A program made the position numbers and the translations under genes. A stretch of DNA of 64,000 nucleotides from Mobula hypostoma (lineage: Eukaryota): positions 85,996,001-86,060,000 of the forward strand of contig NC_086108.1 of assembly GCF_963921235.1 (NCBI RefSeq), read 5' to 3'. This document shows positions 48,881 through 61,186 of the stretch, in pieces (position 1 is the first letter of the stretch; each line of letters starts with the position of its first letter). The notes under the pieces were generated by a model. It saw only the letters and a program-made list of their open reading frames with translations, searched no databases and was not told the origin of the DNA.

Positions 48881-50159
48881 GTACATTTGTAGAAGTTTGT
48901 TAGTGCCTTGTGGCATGCTGTATTTCTTAACCTCCCATGAATGTAAACACTCTAGGATGCTTTGTTTATGATTGCACATATGTCTTTAGGTCAGGCAAGT
49001 CCAGGAAATTAAAGTTCACAGCTGTCTCCACCATAAATCCCTCAATGTAGGACTGGTACATGTTCACCCTCCTTCCTCTTGCTAAATTCAATAACCAAAT
49101 CTTTGGTTTTGCTGACATTGAGTGAGAGGTTGATTTTGAAACTCCATTCAACCTATGACTCATCGGCAATTGTAATTTGTCTAACGTCGGCGGTGTTACC
49201 ACCATATTTGAAGATGACATTGGAGCTGTGCTTAGCAATGTAGTCAAATTATTTTAGAGAGGAGAGCAGGAGGGCGAAGCCTGCAGGTCTGAGGTGTACC
49301 TGTGTTGATGATTAGTGAGGAGATGTTGCTAACCAATCCTCACTGATTGAGGTCTGTAGGTGAGGAAATCGAGTATCCAGTTGCAGAAGGAAGTACAGAG
49401 GCCCAGGTCTGGAAATTTGCTGATGAGTTTTGACTCATGATTGTGTTGAACACTGAGTGAGTGAAGAACAGCAGCCTGACGTACAGGTTTCTGTTGCCCA
49501 GATATTCCAGAGCAGAGTGAAGAGCCAGAAAACGTGCTTCTGCTGTTGGCCATATGGGTAAACTAGAACGATCCAAGTCGTTTTTGAGGTCATAGTTGAT
49601 TCACATCATAACTAACATCTGGAAGCACTTCATTATGGTTGCTGTCTGATGATGGTCACTGAGGAAGATCACCATGCTCTTCTTGGGCATAATCGATGCC
49701 TTTTTAAACAGATGGGAACCTGAATCTGCAAAGGTGAGAGCTGTAGAGCATGCAGTACACACCAGTGATTGTAGTTTAGTCTGAAATTGCCTTTTTGCCC
49801 ATGCAAAGCCCTTTCAGAGGTTGTATCTGGACTTCTTACATGGCTTTAGGTTGCCAGCCATAAAATCCTAAAATCTAGCCCTCAGGAAATTATGATTTTC
49901 CATTGTCATCCATAGCTTCTGATTGGAGAAGACACAAAATGTTTTTATGCGTACACACTCGTCCATGCATGTCCTTATGATATTGGTGAAGACTACGACT
50001 TATTCAGTTAGGGCCACTTCCACTGCAAATCCTTGAACATGGTCCAGACCACTGACTTGAAGCAATCCCAAATTCATCCTTCTGCTTTTGCAATCGAGCT
50101 CTTTAGATTTCACTTCACTCCAGGTAGTAGGTTTTCACAAATACAATGTGAGGCATTTT

Positions 50160-52586
50160 ATGTTTCAGAAAACCCATAGCAACTCATTTATTGAACCTCA
50201 AAACAGCCATGAGGGGTTGCCACACATCCCTAACCAACTGTTCCTGCTCAGTGCCACAGTGTAGTCTGAGGTGTCGGTAGCAATAGCTATGGGTGTATTG
50301 GGGAGTGGGTATACTAGTAGGGTTGCATTAGAAAGAGCTTGTTTGGTATCAAATGCGCTGGTCATGTCTGCTGACCAAACACGTGATTAGGGTTATTGCC
50401 TTTAAGCACACTCTACAGGGGAGCATAAATTTCACCAGCTTGTGGAATGAAGCAGTGATAGAAATTCACCATGCCTAAAAACTCCTGTAGTTACCTCGTG
50501 GTGCGGTGCAGTGGGAAATCCATAATCGCGGCTACCTTTAATAGGAGGGGTTTCATATTTTCTGCAGAGATGCAAAGGCCGAGAAAGTCAACGGTTGACA
50601 ACCCAAACTCATTTAGCAGGGTTAATAATCAAACGATGTTGGCTTAAGTGCTCGTGAAGTGTGCAGAGATGAGATACGTGTTTGATTTGGAGGCACTGGC
50701 AACAAGTATGTCATCCAGGAAAATTAAAAGAAGATCTAAGTTTGTTAATATGCTATCCAGCAGCTGTTGGAAAGCCTGTGCTGTACTTTTCAGCCCGAAC
50801 AGCATGCACAGAAACTCAAAGAGGCCAAATGGGTTATCACAGCTGTTTGGGGACTGTCCTCCGAGCAGGCAGGTACCTGATAGTGGCCCCTAATTATATC
50901 GACTTTGGAAAAAATTAACTTTCTACCCAAACATGTCGAAAAGTCTTAGATGTGTGGGACTGGGATGAGGAGTGGTAATCTTGTTAAGGCGTCAGTAATC
51001 GCCACAGGGGAGGCAACCACCATCTGACTTAGGGACCCTATGGAGGGGTAAAGCTCAGGGGCTATTCGACTGGCGTTTAATGCTGAGTCTTTCCATGTTG
51101 GCAAACTCAGCCGTCGTGGTTGCCAGCTTTTTGGGTCCAGTCGACCCGCGCGGGCATGGACTGGCGAGTCAGTTGTGAAAATATGGCGCTCAACCCCCAT
51201 GTTTTGTGACTGTAGTGGCGAATGAAGGCTTAAGCTTGGTGAGGTTTTCGAATTCGCCCAGCATTCGAGTTAACTCATATGCAGTGGTGCATGTGCTTGA
51301 CAGAGTTATTGTTGGGAACTTACTGGAGGAGCAGGGTAACAACCCAAAGTCCTTAACATCCAGAAGACAGCAGTTCTTAAGACTGACTAATGGTCCTTGG
51401 GCACTGAGCAGAGGTTTTGCCACTGCAGCTAGGACAAAGTCCCATGTACAATAATGACCACTGAAGCAGAGCATCTCTCTTCGTGTCCCATAAATTTGGA
51501 TCCTGCTGCCACTGGTGGCCTCCAGTGAGGTTTCATCGCTCTTTGCCTTCTCGTCAATAGACGTTGCCGGCAGCACACTCACTTGAGCACCCATGTCACA
51601 CGGGAAGGCGTGTCACAAATGGACAGTAGATATTTCTGGCAGCTGGAACCGACGCTATGCACAGACCTCTGACGTTCCGATGCGCTAACTAATGCTACCA
51701 CTGCCAAAGCTAAAGGCGGTCAGCACTTCCTTGCATTCGTACCAAGGTGAGCATGGTGAAAACACAGACCCAGTGTCATCTGTTATGTTAGTAGTCTGCT
51801 TCACATGCTTATGTTGAAGGCCTTGCTGACCGGGCTTACTGAGGCAGGGACATGAAGAGGAATCAAGCACTGCGGCCTGGATGAGTGTGGACTATCAGCC
51901 ATTTTAGCAAGCTCCCTATACTCCATCATGGATGCATTAGCGAGGGTTGCGTGAACTTGATCAGGCATTTGCTGCATGAAGAGTTCTTTAAAAATCAAGC
52001 AAGGATGGTGATTTCCCAAGAGAGACAGCATGTGGTCCATTAACTCTGACAGCTTAGTGTCACCAGGGCTGGCAAAAAGAGCAACTGTTCGGCACGCTTA
52101 GACTCTGCTAGTCTAAAAGTCTGTCAAAGGTGAATTTTCAGCGACTGGTATTTATTGTGGTTCAGGCAGGTGTTCTCGTAGACTCACCACTCTCGCAGCC
52201 ATGGAATTACTGAGTAATGCTACTTCATAAAAAAATCTGGTACCATCTGCAGGCAATTTGGGCCTCAGCTTGTACAAACTAAACAACAGCATTGTTACTC
52301 CCAAAACTCCTGCAGTTTCAAATTGATATGTTCAATAACTCTGGAATTGTCCTAGAGCATCCAGGTCACCAATATAGAATTTCACAAGTGAAACAACATG
52401 AGGTACTTTTATGCTTAAGGAAAACCGCAAACACTCATTTATTGCAGTTAAAAAACTGAACATGAAGCACAGTAACAGAACTTCATGTAATACATCATCT
52501 CGTAAGTCCAGCGTCTTAAAGTAAACTCCAACTCAATGCTGGAGGTTGTGAATTGTGTACATTTCCACTAATTTCGTTATCCTACA
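50160..52586 (-). mobile_element. Second decayed copy of the Gypsy family at 1-4550 (LTR 52373-52586, PBS, gag, PR, RT, part of RNase H)
   Basis: MDHMLSLLGNHHPCLIFKELFMQQMPDQV matches ORF 2802-3194; PBS TTGGTGACC; LTR ends in CCTACA. Confidence 0.88.
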
Positions 52587-52919
52587 GTAGTGGTCAACCT
52601 TTTTAAGCCCAAGATCCCCTACCTCGACCTCAGTGAAAGGCAAGATCTACCTACTAAATCGTTTAGAGAAAAAACAGCTTAGATTGTACTTCCAATTTGA
52701 GGCCTTTTATTTGGACGAATTGTATTTGAATTACACAAAATACTTTTGTCAAACTTTCAAATTAATTCAAACAAGAAAACACTGTAACTAGCATACCAAA
52801 CAGGCCATATCTGTCTTTCTTTAAGAATATTACAATACTTCACACCTTTAATTCTAAGTTTCATTATTTAGTTTTATTTCAACACGAAATATAAATGAAT
52901 AAAAATTGACTGTTGCACT

Positions 52920-54325
52920 CAGTGTGATGACTGGTGCTGAATTCTTTCTGCTAGTTCCCTGAAATTTGGTTCATAACTACAGACAGCCAGTCTGAGACAG
53001 TCTGTGAGGTGTAGGGTTGCCAACTGTCCCGTATTCCCCCCGGTAAGGTAGAACGTTCCTATGAAACCTTTCGTGCCGAAATGCTTTACGCCGAAGAAGC
53101 AATTACCATTAATTTATATGGAAAAAAATTTTGAGTGTTCCCAGACCCAAAAAAATAACCTTCCAAATCATACCAAATAATACATAAAACCTAAAATAAC
53201 GCTAACATATAGCAAAAGCAGGAATGATATGATAAATACACAGCCTATATAAAGTAGATATAATGAAAATTAAGCCAAAACTGATTCGTGGGGTAAAAAA
53301 AAATCGGCATGTACGCACATGCGCACACTGGTGCCCCCGCAAGACTTCATGGTCATGGTAGTCCTTCTCGGGGTAAACACAAATGTCCCAGGATTTGACT
53401 GCTATTTTTGTCCGTTATTTGGGAGTGAGAAAGTTGGCAACCCTAGTGAGGTGTCTGTCAGTAAGTCAGCTCCTGTACTTAAATTTAATAACTTTCATCT
53501 GTGAAAATGCAATTTCACATAGATAAGTTGATCCGAAGTAGGCACTGACTTTTAGAGGTATAAAACCAACGCGCACACCGCGCATTACTCGCCCCCATCA
53601 GTAGTAATTGCCACCAGTTTATGAATGGGGATGTCATTTTCACAGAAATTTTTTTAAACTCATTGTAAATATCCTCACCTCTCATTCTTTCCTTTAATTG
53701 CAAAAGAGTGAGGAAGTCCTCCTTTGTTGTAAAATCCGGGAAAGCCATTCTGACAAATACAACAAGCTGAGCTGTTTGCATTACATCCAGGGATTCATCC
53801 AACTGTAGTGAAAAATATTCACGTCCTCTGACAGTGACTCTACCCTCCTTGTCACTATTGCAGGGTCAAGAAGTATATTACGTATTGCAGTTGTGATGCC
53901 GTTTTTGTTTTTAAAGTCATTAAAAACAATGTCTGCGGTAATGACCATTGCTTCCTTGAATAAATCGCCATCTGTAAAAGGCTTCTCGTGTTTAGCCAAA
54001 AGGTGACTTACATGAAATGATGCTTCAATAGCAGCCTTATTTTGAGCAGCATGTTTTGTGGAAAACGATTGCTGGGCCTTCAACCCCGATTTCAGCTCAA
54101 CCTTCCTGGCATGAATTACGCTCTTTGGGGGGTAGGTGTCTTTAAATTTCTAGTGGTTGGTGTTGTGGTGCTGCTCCAGATTCCCTCTTTTAGTCCGTGC
54201 TTGTGTTTGGTGGCACAACATGCATACACACTTGTCTTTCACCAAGGTAAATAGAAATTCCTCTTCCCATTCTGGATGGAACTTGTATGTTTTCGCCTTC
54301 TTTCTTGGAGCCTCCGCTATGCTAT
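52920..54325 (-). pseudogene. hAT transposase remnant
   Basis: KKAKTYKFHPEWEEEFLF..KCVCMLC; ASFHVSHLLAKHEKPFTDGD; LDESLDVMQTAQLVVFVR; jumps to the C-terminal STYLCEIAFSQMKVIK (dimerisation domain). Confidence 0.88.
53012..53445. mobile_element. hAT MITE nested in the transposase C-terminus
   Basis: TIR TAGGGTTGCCAACT / AGTTGGCAACCCTA; perfect 8-bp TSD GTGAGGTG (53004-53011 / 53446-53453). Confidence 0.93.
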
Positions 54326-55270
54326 CAGGATATCACAGGCAATTGCCGATTGCATCGCCTCTGATCTGGGCCGACATTCACGTGCCGGGTGGCACCTAAT
54401 TAATTAGCTTGTTCATTTCAGCATTTTTTCTTAAAGATGTGCTGTGTGCATCCTGACTACCGCTGCACCCCTGCATGCTTCGTGGCCCGGAGGTTGGGGA
54501 CACTGCCGAATATTGATGTTTGCGACAGTCTGTACTCTTACCTAATCTGATTGGTCACTTTGATGCAGCACAGACTACGCTGAAAATGCGGTGCATGGCG
54601 GAGGAACTACACACATGCGCACTGGGCAGAAAGAACGGAACTAAACCCCCTCAACCCGGAAACAATCTCTCTTTACAAACAGCTTTTTAGTGAAAATATT
54701 GCTATATTACCATTATCCTAATTAGTATTACTTACTTTTATAATGCTCACATTACAACAGTATTTGTGTATTTATTTTTGATTTTTCTTCTGGATTTACT
54801 GGGAAAGTCTCAAAGATCGACTGGTCGATCGCGATCGACGGGTTGGCAACCTCTACCCTACAGCATCTGTGGAGAGAAGAATTACTTTTCCTCCTACTGT
54901 TCTTCATGCACATGGGGTTTTCATTAATCCCATTCACCAAGGCCCTCCCATGTCCCCTTCCTAAATTTCTTCCTGGCTACCTCATAACTCTCAAGAGCCC
55001 TGTCTGATCCTTGTTTCCTGAACCTTATACATGCTTCCTTCTTCCACTTAACTAAATGATTCATTTACCTCAAATGCAATATTAGTTCAGTTCCAAGGAA
55101 CTTTTGCATCAGTAGAGGTAACAACCTTTGACCCTAACTCTTGTTTCCTCAGTACTTTCTGAAAGAATGGCAGGTTTCTTCTCTAGTTTTCTGATCAGTA
55201 TTTATTCCCTTACATCTCCATCAAAAAAACATTGACTGGTCATTCAATTTGTGCTGTTCATTCAGCTTAT

Positions 55271-57109
55271 AGAAACATAGAAAATATGTGCAGGAGTAGG
55301 CCATTCGGCCCTTCGAGCCTGCACCGCCATTTATTATGATCATGGCTGATCATCCAACTCAGAACCCCGCCCCAGCCTTCCCTCCATACCCCCTGACCCC
55401 CGTAGCCACAAGGGCCATATCTAACTCCCTCTTAAATATAGCCAATGAACTGGCCTCAACTGTTTCCTGTGGCAGAGAATTCCACAGATTCACCACTCTC
55501 TGTGTGAAGAAGTTTTTCCTAATCTCAGTCCTAAAAGGCTTCCCCTCTATCCTCAAACTGTGGCCCCTCGTTCTGGACTTCCCCAACATCGGGAACAATC
55601 TTCCTGCATCTAGCCTGTCCAATCCCTTTAGGATTTTATACGTTTCAATCAGATCCCCCCTCAATTTTCTAAATTCCAACGAGTACAAGCCCAGTTCATC
55701 CAGTCTTTCTTCATATGAAAGTCCTGTCATCCCAGGAATCAATCTGGTGAACCTTCTTTGTACTCCCTCTATGGCAAGGATGTCTTTCCTCAGATTAGGG
55801 GACCAAAACTGCACACAATACTCCAGGTGTGGTCTCACCAAGGCCTTGTACAACTGCAATAGTACCTCCCTGCTCCTGTACTCGAATCCTCTCGCTATAA
55901 ATGCCAGCATACCATTTGCCTTTTTCACCACCTGCTGTACCTGCACGCCCACTTTCAATGACTGGTGTATAATGACACCCAGGTCTCGTTGCACCTCCCC
56001 TTTTCCTAATCGGCCACCATTCAGATAATAATCTGTTTTCCTATTTTTGCCACCAAAGTGGATAACTTCACATTTATCCACATTAAATTGCATCTGCCAT
56101 GAATTTGCCCACTCACTCAACCTATCCAAGTCACCCTGCACCCTCTTAGCATCCTCCTCACAGCTAACACTGCCACCCAGCTTCGTGTCATCCGCAAACT
56201 TGGAGATGCTGCATTTAATTCCCTCATCCAAGTCATTAATATATATTGTAAACAACTGGGGTCCCAGCACTGAGCCTTGCGGTACCCCACTAGTCACCGC
56301 CTGCCATTCTGAAAAGGTCCCGTTTATTCCCACTCTTTGCTTCCTGTCTGCTAACCAATTCTCCACCCACACCCGTACCTTACCCCCAATACAGTGTGCT
56401 TTAAGTTTGCACACTAATCTCCTGTGTGGGACCTTGTCAAAAGCCTTTTGAAAATCCAAATATACCACATCCACTGGTTCTCCACTATCCACTCTACTAG
56501 TTACATCCTCAAAAAATTCTATGAGATTCGTCAGACATGATTTTCCTTTCACAAATCCATGCTGACTTTGTCCGATCATTTCACCGCTTTCCAAATGTGC
56601 TGTTATCACATCCTTGATAACTGACTCCAGCAGTTTCCCCACCATCGACGTTAGGCTAACCAGTCTATAATTTCCCGGTTTCTCTCTCCCTCCTTTTTTA
56701 AAAAGTGGAGTTACATTAGCCACCCTCCAATCCTCAGGAACTAGTCCAGAATCTAACGAGTTTTGAAAAATTATCACTAATGCATCCACTATTTCTTGGG
56801 CTACTTCCTTAAGCACTCTAGGATGCAGACCATCTGGCCCGGGGGATTTATCTGCCTTCAATCCCTTCAATTTACCTGACACCACTTCCCTACTAACATG
56901 TATTTCGCTCAGTTCCTCCATCTCACTGGACCCTCTGTCCCCTATTATTTCTGGAAGATTATTTATGTCTTCCTTAGTGAAGACAGAACCAAAGTAATTA
57001 TTCAATTGGTCTGCCATGTCCTTGCTCCCCATAATCAATTCACCTGTTTCTGTCTGCAGGGGACCTACATTTGTCTTTACCAGTCTTTTCCTTTTTACAT
57101 ATCTTTAAA
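55271..57109 (-). mobile_element. Very young 5'-truncated CR1 LINE
   Basis: TSD AGCTTAT (55264-55270 / 57110-57116); uninterrupted ORF2 to its natural stop; tail (TTTCTATG)-like. Confidence 0.97.
55359..57038 (-). CDS. CR1 ORF2 reverse transcriptase domain (559 aa open, lacks endonuclease; probably not expressed)
   Basis: SPGPDGLHPRVLKE, YLDFQKAFDKV, SGVPQGSVLGP, FADDTKL, VRPHLEYCVQFWSP, with no stops or frameshifts. Confidence 0.85.
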   Translation of the reverse strand: MIMGSKDMADQLNNYFGSVFTKEDINNLPEIIGDRGSSEMEELSEIHVSREVVSGKLKGLKADKSPGPDGLHPRVLKEVAQEIVDALVIIFQNSLDSGLVPEDWRVANVTPLFKKGGREKPGNYRLVSLTSMVGKLLESVIKDVITAHLESGEMIGQSQHGFVKGKSCLTNLIEFFEDVTSRVDSGEPVDVVYLDFQKAFDKVPHRRLVCKLKAHCIGGKVRVWVENWLADRKQRVGINGTFSEWQAVTSGVPQGSVLGPQLFTIYINDLDEGIKCSISKFADDTKLGGSVSCEEDAKRVQGDLDRLSEWANSWQMQFNVDKCEVIHFGGKNRKTDYYLNGGRLGKGEVQRDLGVIIHQSLKVGVQVQQVVKKANGMLAFIARGFEYRSREVLLQLYKALVRPHLEYCVQFWSPNLRKDILAIEGVQRRFTRLIPGMTGLSYEERLDELGLYSLEFRKLRGDLIETYKILKGLDRLDAGRLFPMLGKSRTRGHSLRIEGKPFRTEIRKNFFTQRVVNLWNSLPQETVEASSLAIFKRELDMALVATGVRGYGGKAGAGF

Positions 57110-57869
57110 AGCTTATGGTCATATATACAGTGGATCACAGTGTTTAAACACAGAGCACAAACCATTACAATTCAATACCACAATCCATTAGATCTAAAGG
57201 GATATCCCGGGAATGTAAGAGGTCTCTTTAAATCTCTTTATATTGACAATAAATTACAAGAATTTGTTTTGTGTGCTTTTAAATTAAATTAACACATGAT
57301 TCAAACCAAATGACTTTAAATGAACAGAACTTTGAACTGTATTCAGATTTAAAAACTACCTGCCAGAAATAGTGGAGTTATTCATTTTTGAAGGGGATGT
57401 GAGTGGCAATACAGCTCATTCGCACCGTGGGAACATCCTTCATGTATGTTTACTTTTAGCTTATGGAGGCGTAAAGCTGCAATTTAGAAGTACAGTCTCC
57501 TTGCCCTGCTTTGACGTTGTGGATGATCAGATTGAGTGAACACTGAACTCCCCTGATAACAGACTTGTCCTCCTACACAGGTCAGCAAGAGTGAGGAGGA
57601 ACCTTCCTGCTGATCAGGGCACAGCAATAAGGCTAATGGGAACCTGGATGGTTCAAGGATACTCAATTAGCATCAACCTTACCGTATACAGTGCCATCAA
57701 TATATGCAATATTGACAATTGATTCTGCAGACAATATTGACTGCAGAATATGGCAGGTTAAGCCCTCTGCTATAAAAGCTGGTCTGCTATTACATGCAGA
57801 GAATGCATCCTTCTTATGACTAGAGTTAGAAAACAATCTATTTCACTATTTTATTTACTATTATTTATT

Positions 57870-59110
57870 TAGAGATACAGCACAGTAACAGGCCCTTATG
57901 GTCCATCAAGTACACATCATCCAATTAACCCATGTCACCCATTAACCTACTAACTCCTACATCTTAAACTCCCAAGGCATTACAGGAAAGATACTGGCAT
58001 GGATAGCGGAATGGCTGACAGCGAGTGACAATGAAGGGGGCCTTTTCTGGTTGGCTGCCAATGACTAGTGGTGCTCCTCAGGGGTCAGTACTGGGACTGC
58101 TACTTTTCGCATTGTTTGTCAGTGATTTGGATAATGGAATTGATGGTTTTGTGGCAAAATTTGCAGAAGATACAAAGCTAACTGGAGGGGTTGGTAATGC
58201 TGAGGAAACAATATGATTGCAGCAGGACTTAGAAAAATTGGAAGGATGGGCAGAAATGTGGCAGATGGAATAGAGTGTAGGGAAATATATGATAATGCAT
58301 TTTGGTAAAAGGAACAACAGTGCAGAAAATTATCTAAATGGGGAGAAGGCTCAAACATCAGAAGTGCAGAGGGACTTAGGAATCAGTTCTAGACTCCCAG
58401 AAGCTTAATCTACAGGTTGAGTCTGTGGTAAAGAAGGCAAATGCAATGTTGGCATTTATTTCAAGGAGAGAATATAAAAGCAAGGAGATAATGCTGAGGC
58501 TTTATAAGACACTCATCAGGCTGCACTTGAAATCTTGTCAACAGTTTTGGGCCCCATGTCTCAGAAAGAATGTGTTGTCATTGGAGAAAGTCCATAAGAG
58601 GTTCATGAGGTTGATTCTAGGAATGACAGGGTTAACATATGAGGGGCATTTGGTAGCTTTCAGCCTGTACTCAAAGAATGCAGGGGGATCGTATTGAAAT
58701 CTACCAAATGTTGAAAAGTCTACATAAAGAGGATGTGGAGAGGATGTTTTCTATGGTAGGTGTGTCCAGAACTTGAGGGCATAGCCTCAAAATTGAGGGA
58801 TGACCCTTTAGAATAGAGGGTAAGGAGAAATATTTTTAGCTAGAGAATAGTGAATCTGTGGAATGCTCTGCCACTGTTAGTTGGATCAGCCATGATGGAA
58901 TGGTGAAGCAGACTCAATGGGCCGAATGGCCTAAATCTGCTCCTCTGTGTTATGGTCTTATGGTCTTTGGAATGTGGGAGGAAACCAGGGCACCCAACGA
59001 AACCTGATGCGATCATGGGGAGATTGCACAAATTCCTTACAGACAGTGGTAGGAACTAAATCCTGGTTGCTGGTTCTGTAGTAGCACAATGTCTACTGGT
59101 ACGCTAAAAT
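57870..59110 (-). mobile_element. V-SINE-like element split by a CR1 insertion (halves ~57870-57965 and ~58963-59110)
   Basis: The two halves together are colinear with the SINE at 7130-7400. Confidence 0.65.
57966..58962 (+). mobile_element. CR1 3' fragment
   Basis: SGAPQGSVLG, FAEDTKL, VKKANAMLAFIS; tail (TTATGGTC)n. Confidence 0.9.
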
Positions 59111-59429
59111 GTTGCCCCAACATTTTAAGAAAATACCGTATATTGTTTATTTCATAGAGTCATGGAGTTGTACCGCATTGAAACAGGCCCTTCAGACCAA
59201 TTCAGCTATGTTGACCAAGGTGTCTTCCTGAGCAAGTCCCATTTGCTTGCATGTGGCTTATATCCCTCGCAAACTTTTCTACCCATTTCTATTCTGAATA
59301 TGTTTCAGTTAAATCTTGAAAGTCCAAAGGGCAAGAGTAGGATGAGGTGAATAGCACTTCATTGTCCTTTTGAGTGCATTCACCTAACTAAATTATTAGC
59401 AATGCTGATAGAATAGTTTGGCTAGAGAA

Positions 59430-60245
59430 CAACTTTGATCAATTGCTAAAATGGGTGGAGCAATGGCAAATGGAATTTAATCCCGAAAAATGTGAAGTGA
59501 AGCATTTTTTATAAATGACATAATAAAAGTAGGACTGGCACAATGAATGGTAGGATCCAAGGAAATGCAATGAATAGATGGACCTAAGCATACGTTTGCA
59601 AGGATCTCTAAATGCAGCAGCACAGGGAGCTAAGGTGATTAAAAAGACACGCAGGATACTAGTGTTCATTAGCTGAGTGTGGAATATAAGAGCTGGGAGA
59701 TTGTGGTATAATGCTATCAATCACTATTTATGCCATAGGTAGAATATTGTGTGCAGTGCTGGACACCACACTGTATGAAGGCCATGATTACACCTGAGAG
59801 GACTCAGAGCAGGATGATCAGGCTATTGTCTGAAATGCACCATTTCAACTATGAGGAGAGATTGGGTAGGCTGGGCTTGGAATCGAGGAGGCTAGCAACA
59901 TTATGAGGGGGATAGATAAGGTAACTGTGAGAAAGTATTTCCCTTAATCAAGGTATCTATAATCAGAAGGAATACGTCTAAGGTGAAAGGTAGGGAATTT
60001 AGAAGTGATGTAAGGAAGATTTTTTTTTCAGTCAGAATTTGGCTGACATCTGGAATGCTTTTCCTGAGGGAATGGTGGAGACAGAATTACTCCCAACGTT
60101 TGAGAAGTGTTTCGAAGAGCATTGAAATGACATGGCATGGATGGCAATGGACTGAGTACTGGGTAATGGGTTCAATATGGATAGGTATTTGACAGCCGGC
60201 ACAGACCTGGTGAGCTGCAAAGTCTGTTTCTCTGCTCTATGATTT
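59430..60245 (+). mobile_element. Old CR1 3' fragment
   Basis: 'tggcaaatggaatttaatcccgaaaaatgtgaagtg' (WQMEFNPEKCEV), EYCVQCW, CR1 3' UTR. Confidence 0.8.
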
Positions 60246-60469
60246 TAACACAAAATAACAAACAGGATATGTAAATAAACATTAGAGTATCAACCTCGAA
60301 ACTAATGTCATGTTTTCTCAGGGTCAGCCATTTTCCCAAGGTACCCCAGACACACCATAACACTAGGAAATTCTCTCCAAAGTATTAATGTTACTGAGAC
60401 ATCAGGAATACCTTCATCAATCCTGCTACAATTAAAATGTAAAAGTACAGTTAAACAAATGAGGATACT

Positions 60470-61186
60470 TTAGCAGTGTATGTTCGCTTTAATATTGTCA
60501 CATCTGTGGCATGGTATGTACAGGCTGAATCAAAGTGGTGAGGTCTGAGTTGGAGAGTGGGGAATGAGCCAATATTTGGCCAATCCTGGAGCAAACTTGG
60601 AGGCAGTTTGATTCAGCAGAACTGAGGCGAGGTGAGCAGAGGTGATACAGAGCCTGGATCTGGGCCTGAGAGTGAGGAAAGACCTAAGGTTTGATCAGTG
60701 TAAGTTCTGAGCTGAACTGGAAAAATTGGGTACAGGCCGAATTGAGGTGGCAGGGCACCGGCCCAAGACCATATCGAAGCGACAGGGTCCGGGTCAGAGA
60801 ACAAAGTCTGGACAATCTAAGATAGATCTGGGATAGATTGAAAAGGACAGGGTTTCAGGGCCAGAGGCAAGGCACCGGCCAGTTAATCTTGCTGCTCCAC
60901 GAGGTTTACTCATCCCTGCACCGAACTGTGGCTGTGGCCTGCAACTGTCACAGTGCAAGCTCACTTTTGTAACCTTCAGTTCTAAATGCCACTTCCTTAC
61001 TTTTATTATTTGCACATTTTTTCTTCCTTTTTTTTCTCTGCACATTGGGTGTTTGACAGTCTTCTTTTGCTTTAATGGATTCTATAGCGTTTCTTTGTTT
61101 TGTAGCTGCCTGCAAGAAGATGAATCTCAAGGTTATATAAAGTATACATACCTTGGTAATAAACGTACTTTGACTTTGGCTTTGAT
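60470..61186 (+). mobile_element. Non-autonomous retroposon related to 10130-11065 (opposite strand)
   Basis: 'gatagattgaaaaggacagggt' motif; 3' UTR ends in AATAAA + (ACTTTG)n. Confidence 0.6.

Larger units (their letters stand above)
45260..50100 (-). mobile_element. Decayed Rex1/Babar-type LINE interrupted by a young CR1
   Basis: [45 protein letters not shown] (49329-49576); 3' pieces (ITKNPHYPGHALF) at 45389-45691. Confidence 0.75.
52588..54855 (-). mobile_element. Internally deleted hAT DNA transposon (Charlie/SPIN, GTF2IRD2-like transposase)
   Basis: Imperfect TIRs (tagtggtcaacc / ggttggcaacctcta), 8-bp TSD TCCTACAG/CCCTACAG, subterminal GATCGAC repeats, transposase fragments. Confidence 0.85.

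Noticed and set aside
55336..56451. Plus-strand ORFs of 230 aa and 134 aa
   Set aside because: Antisense shadows of the CR1 RT frame.
57683..57740. 58-bp candidate minus-strand exon (ctgcAG ... G|GTaagg)
   Set aside because: Short, open in two frames, no recognisable homology and no partner exons.
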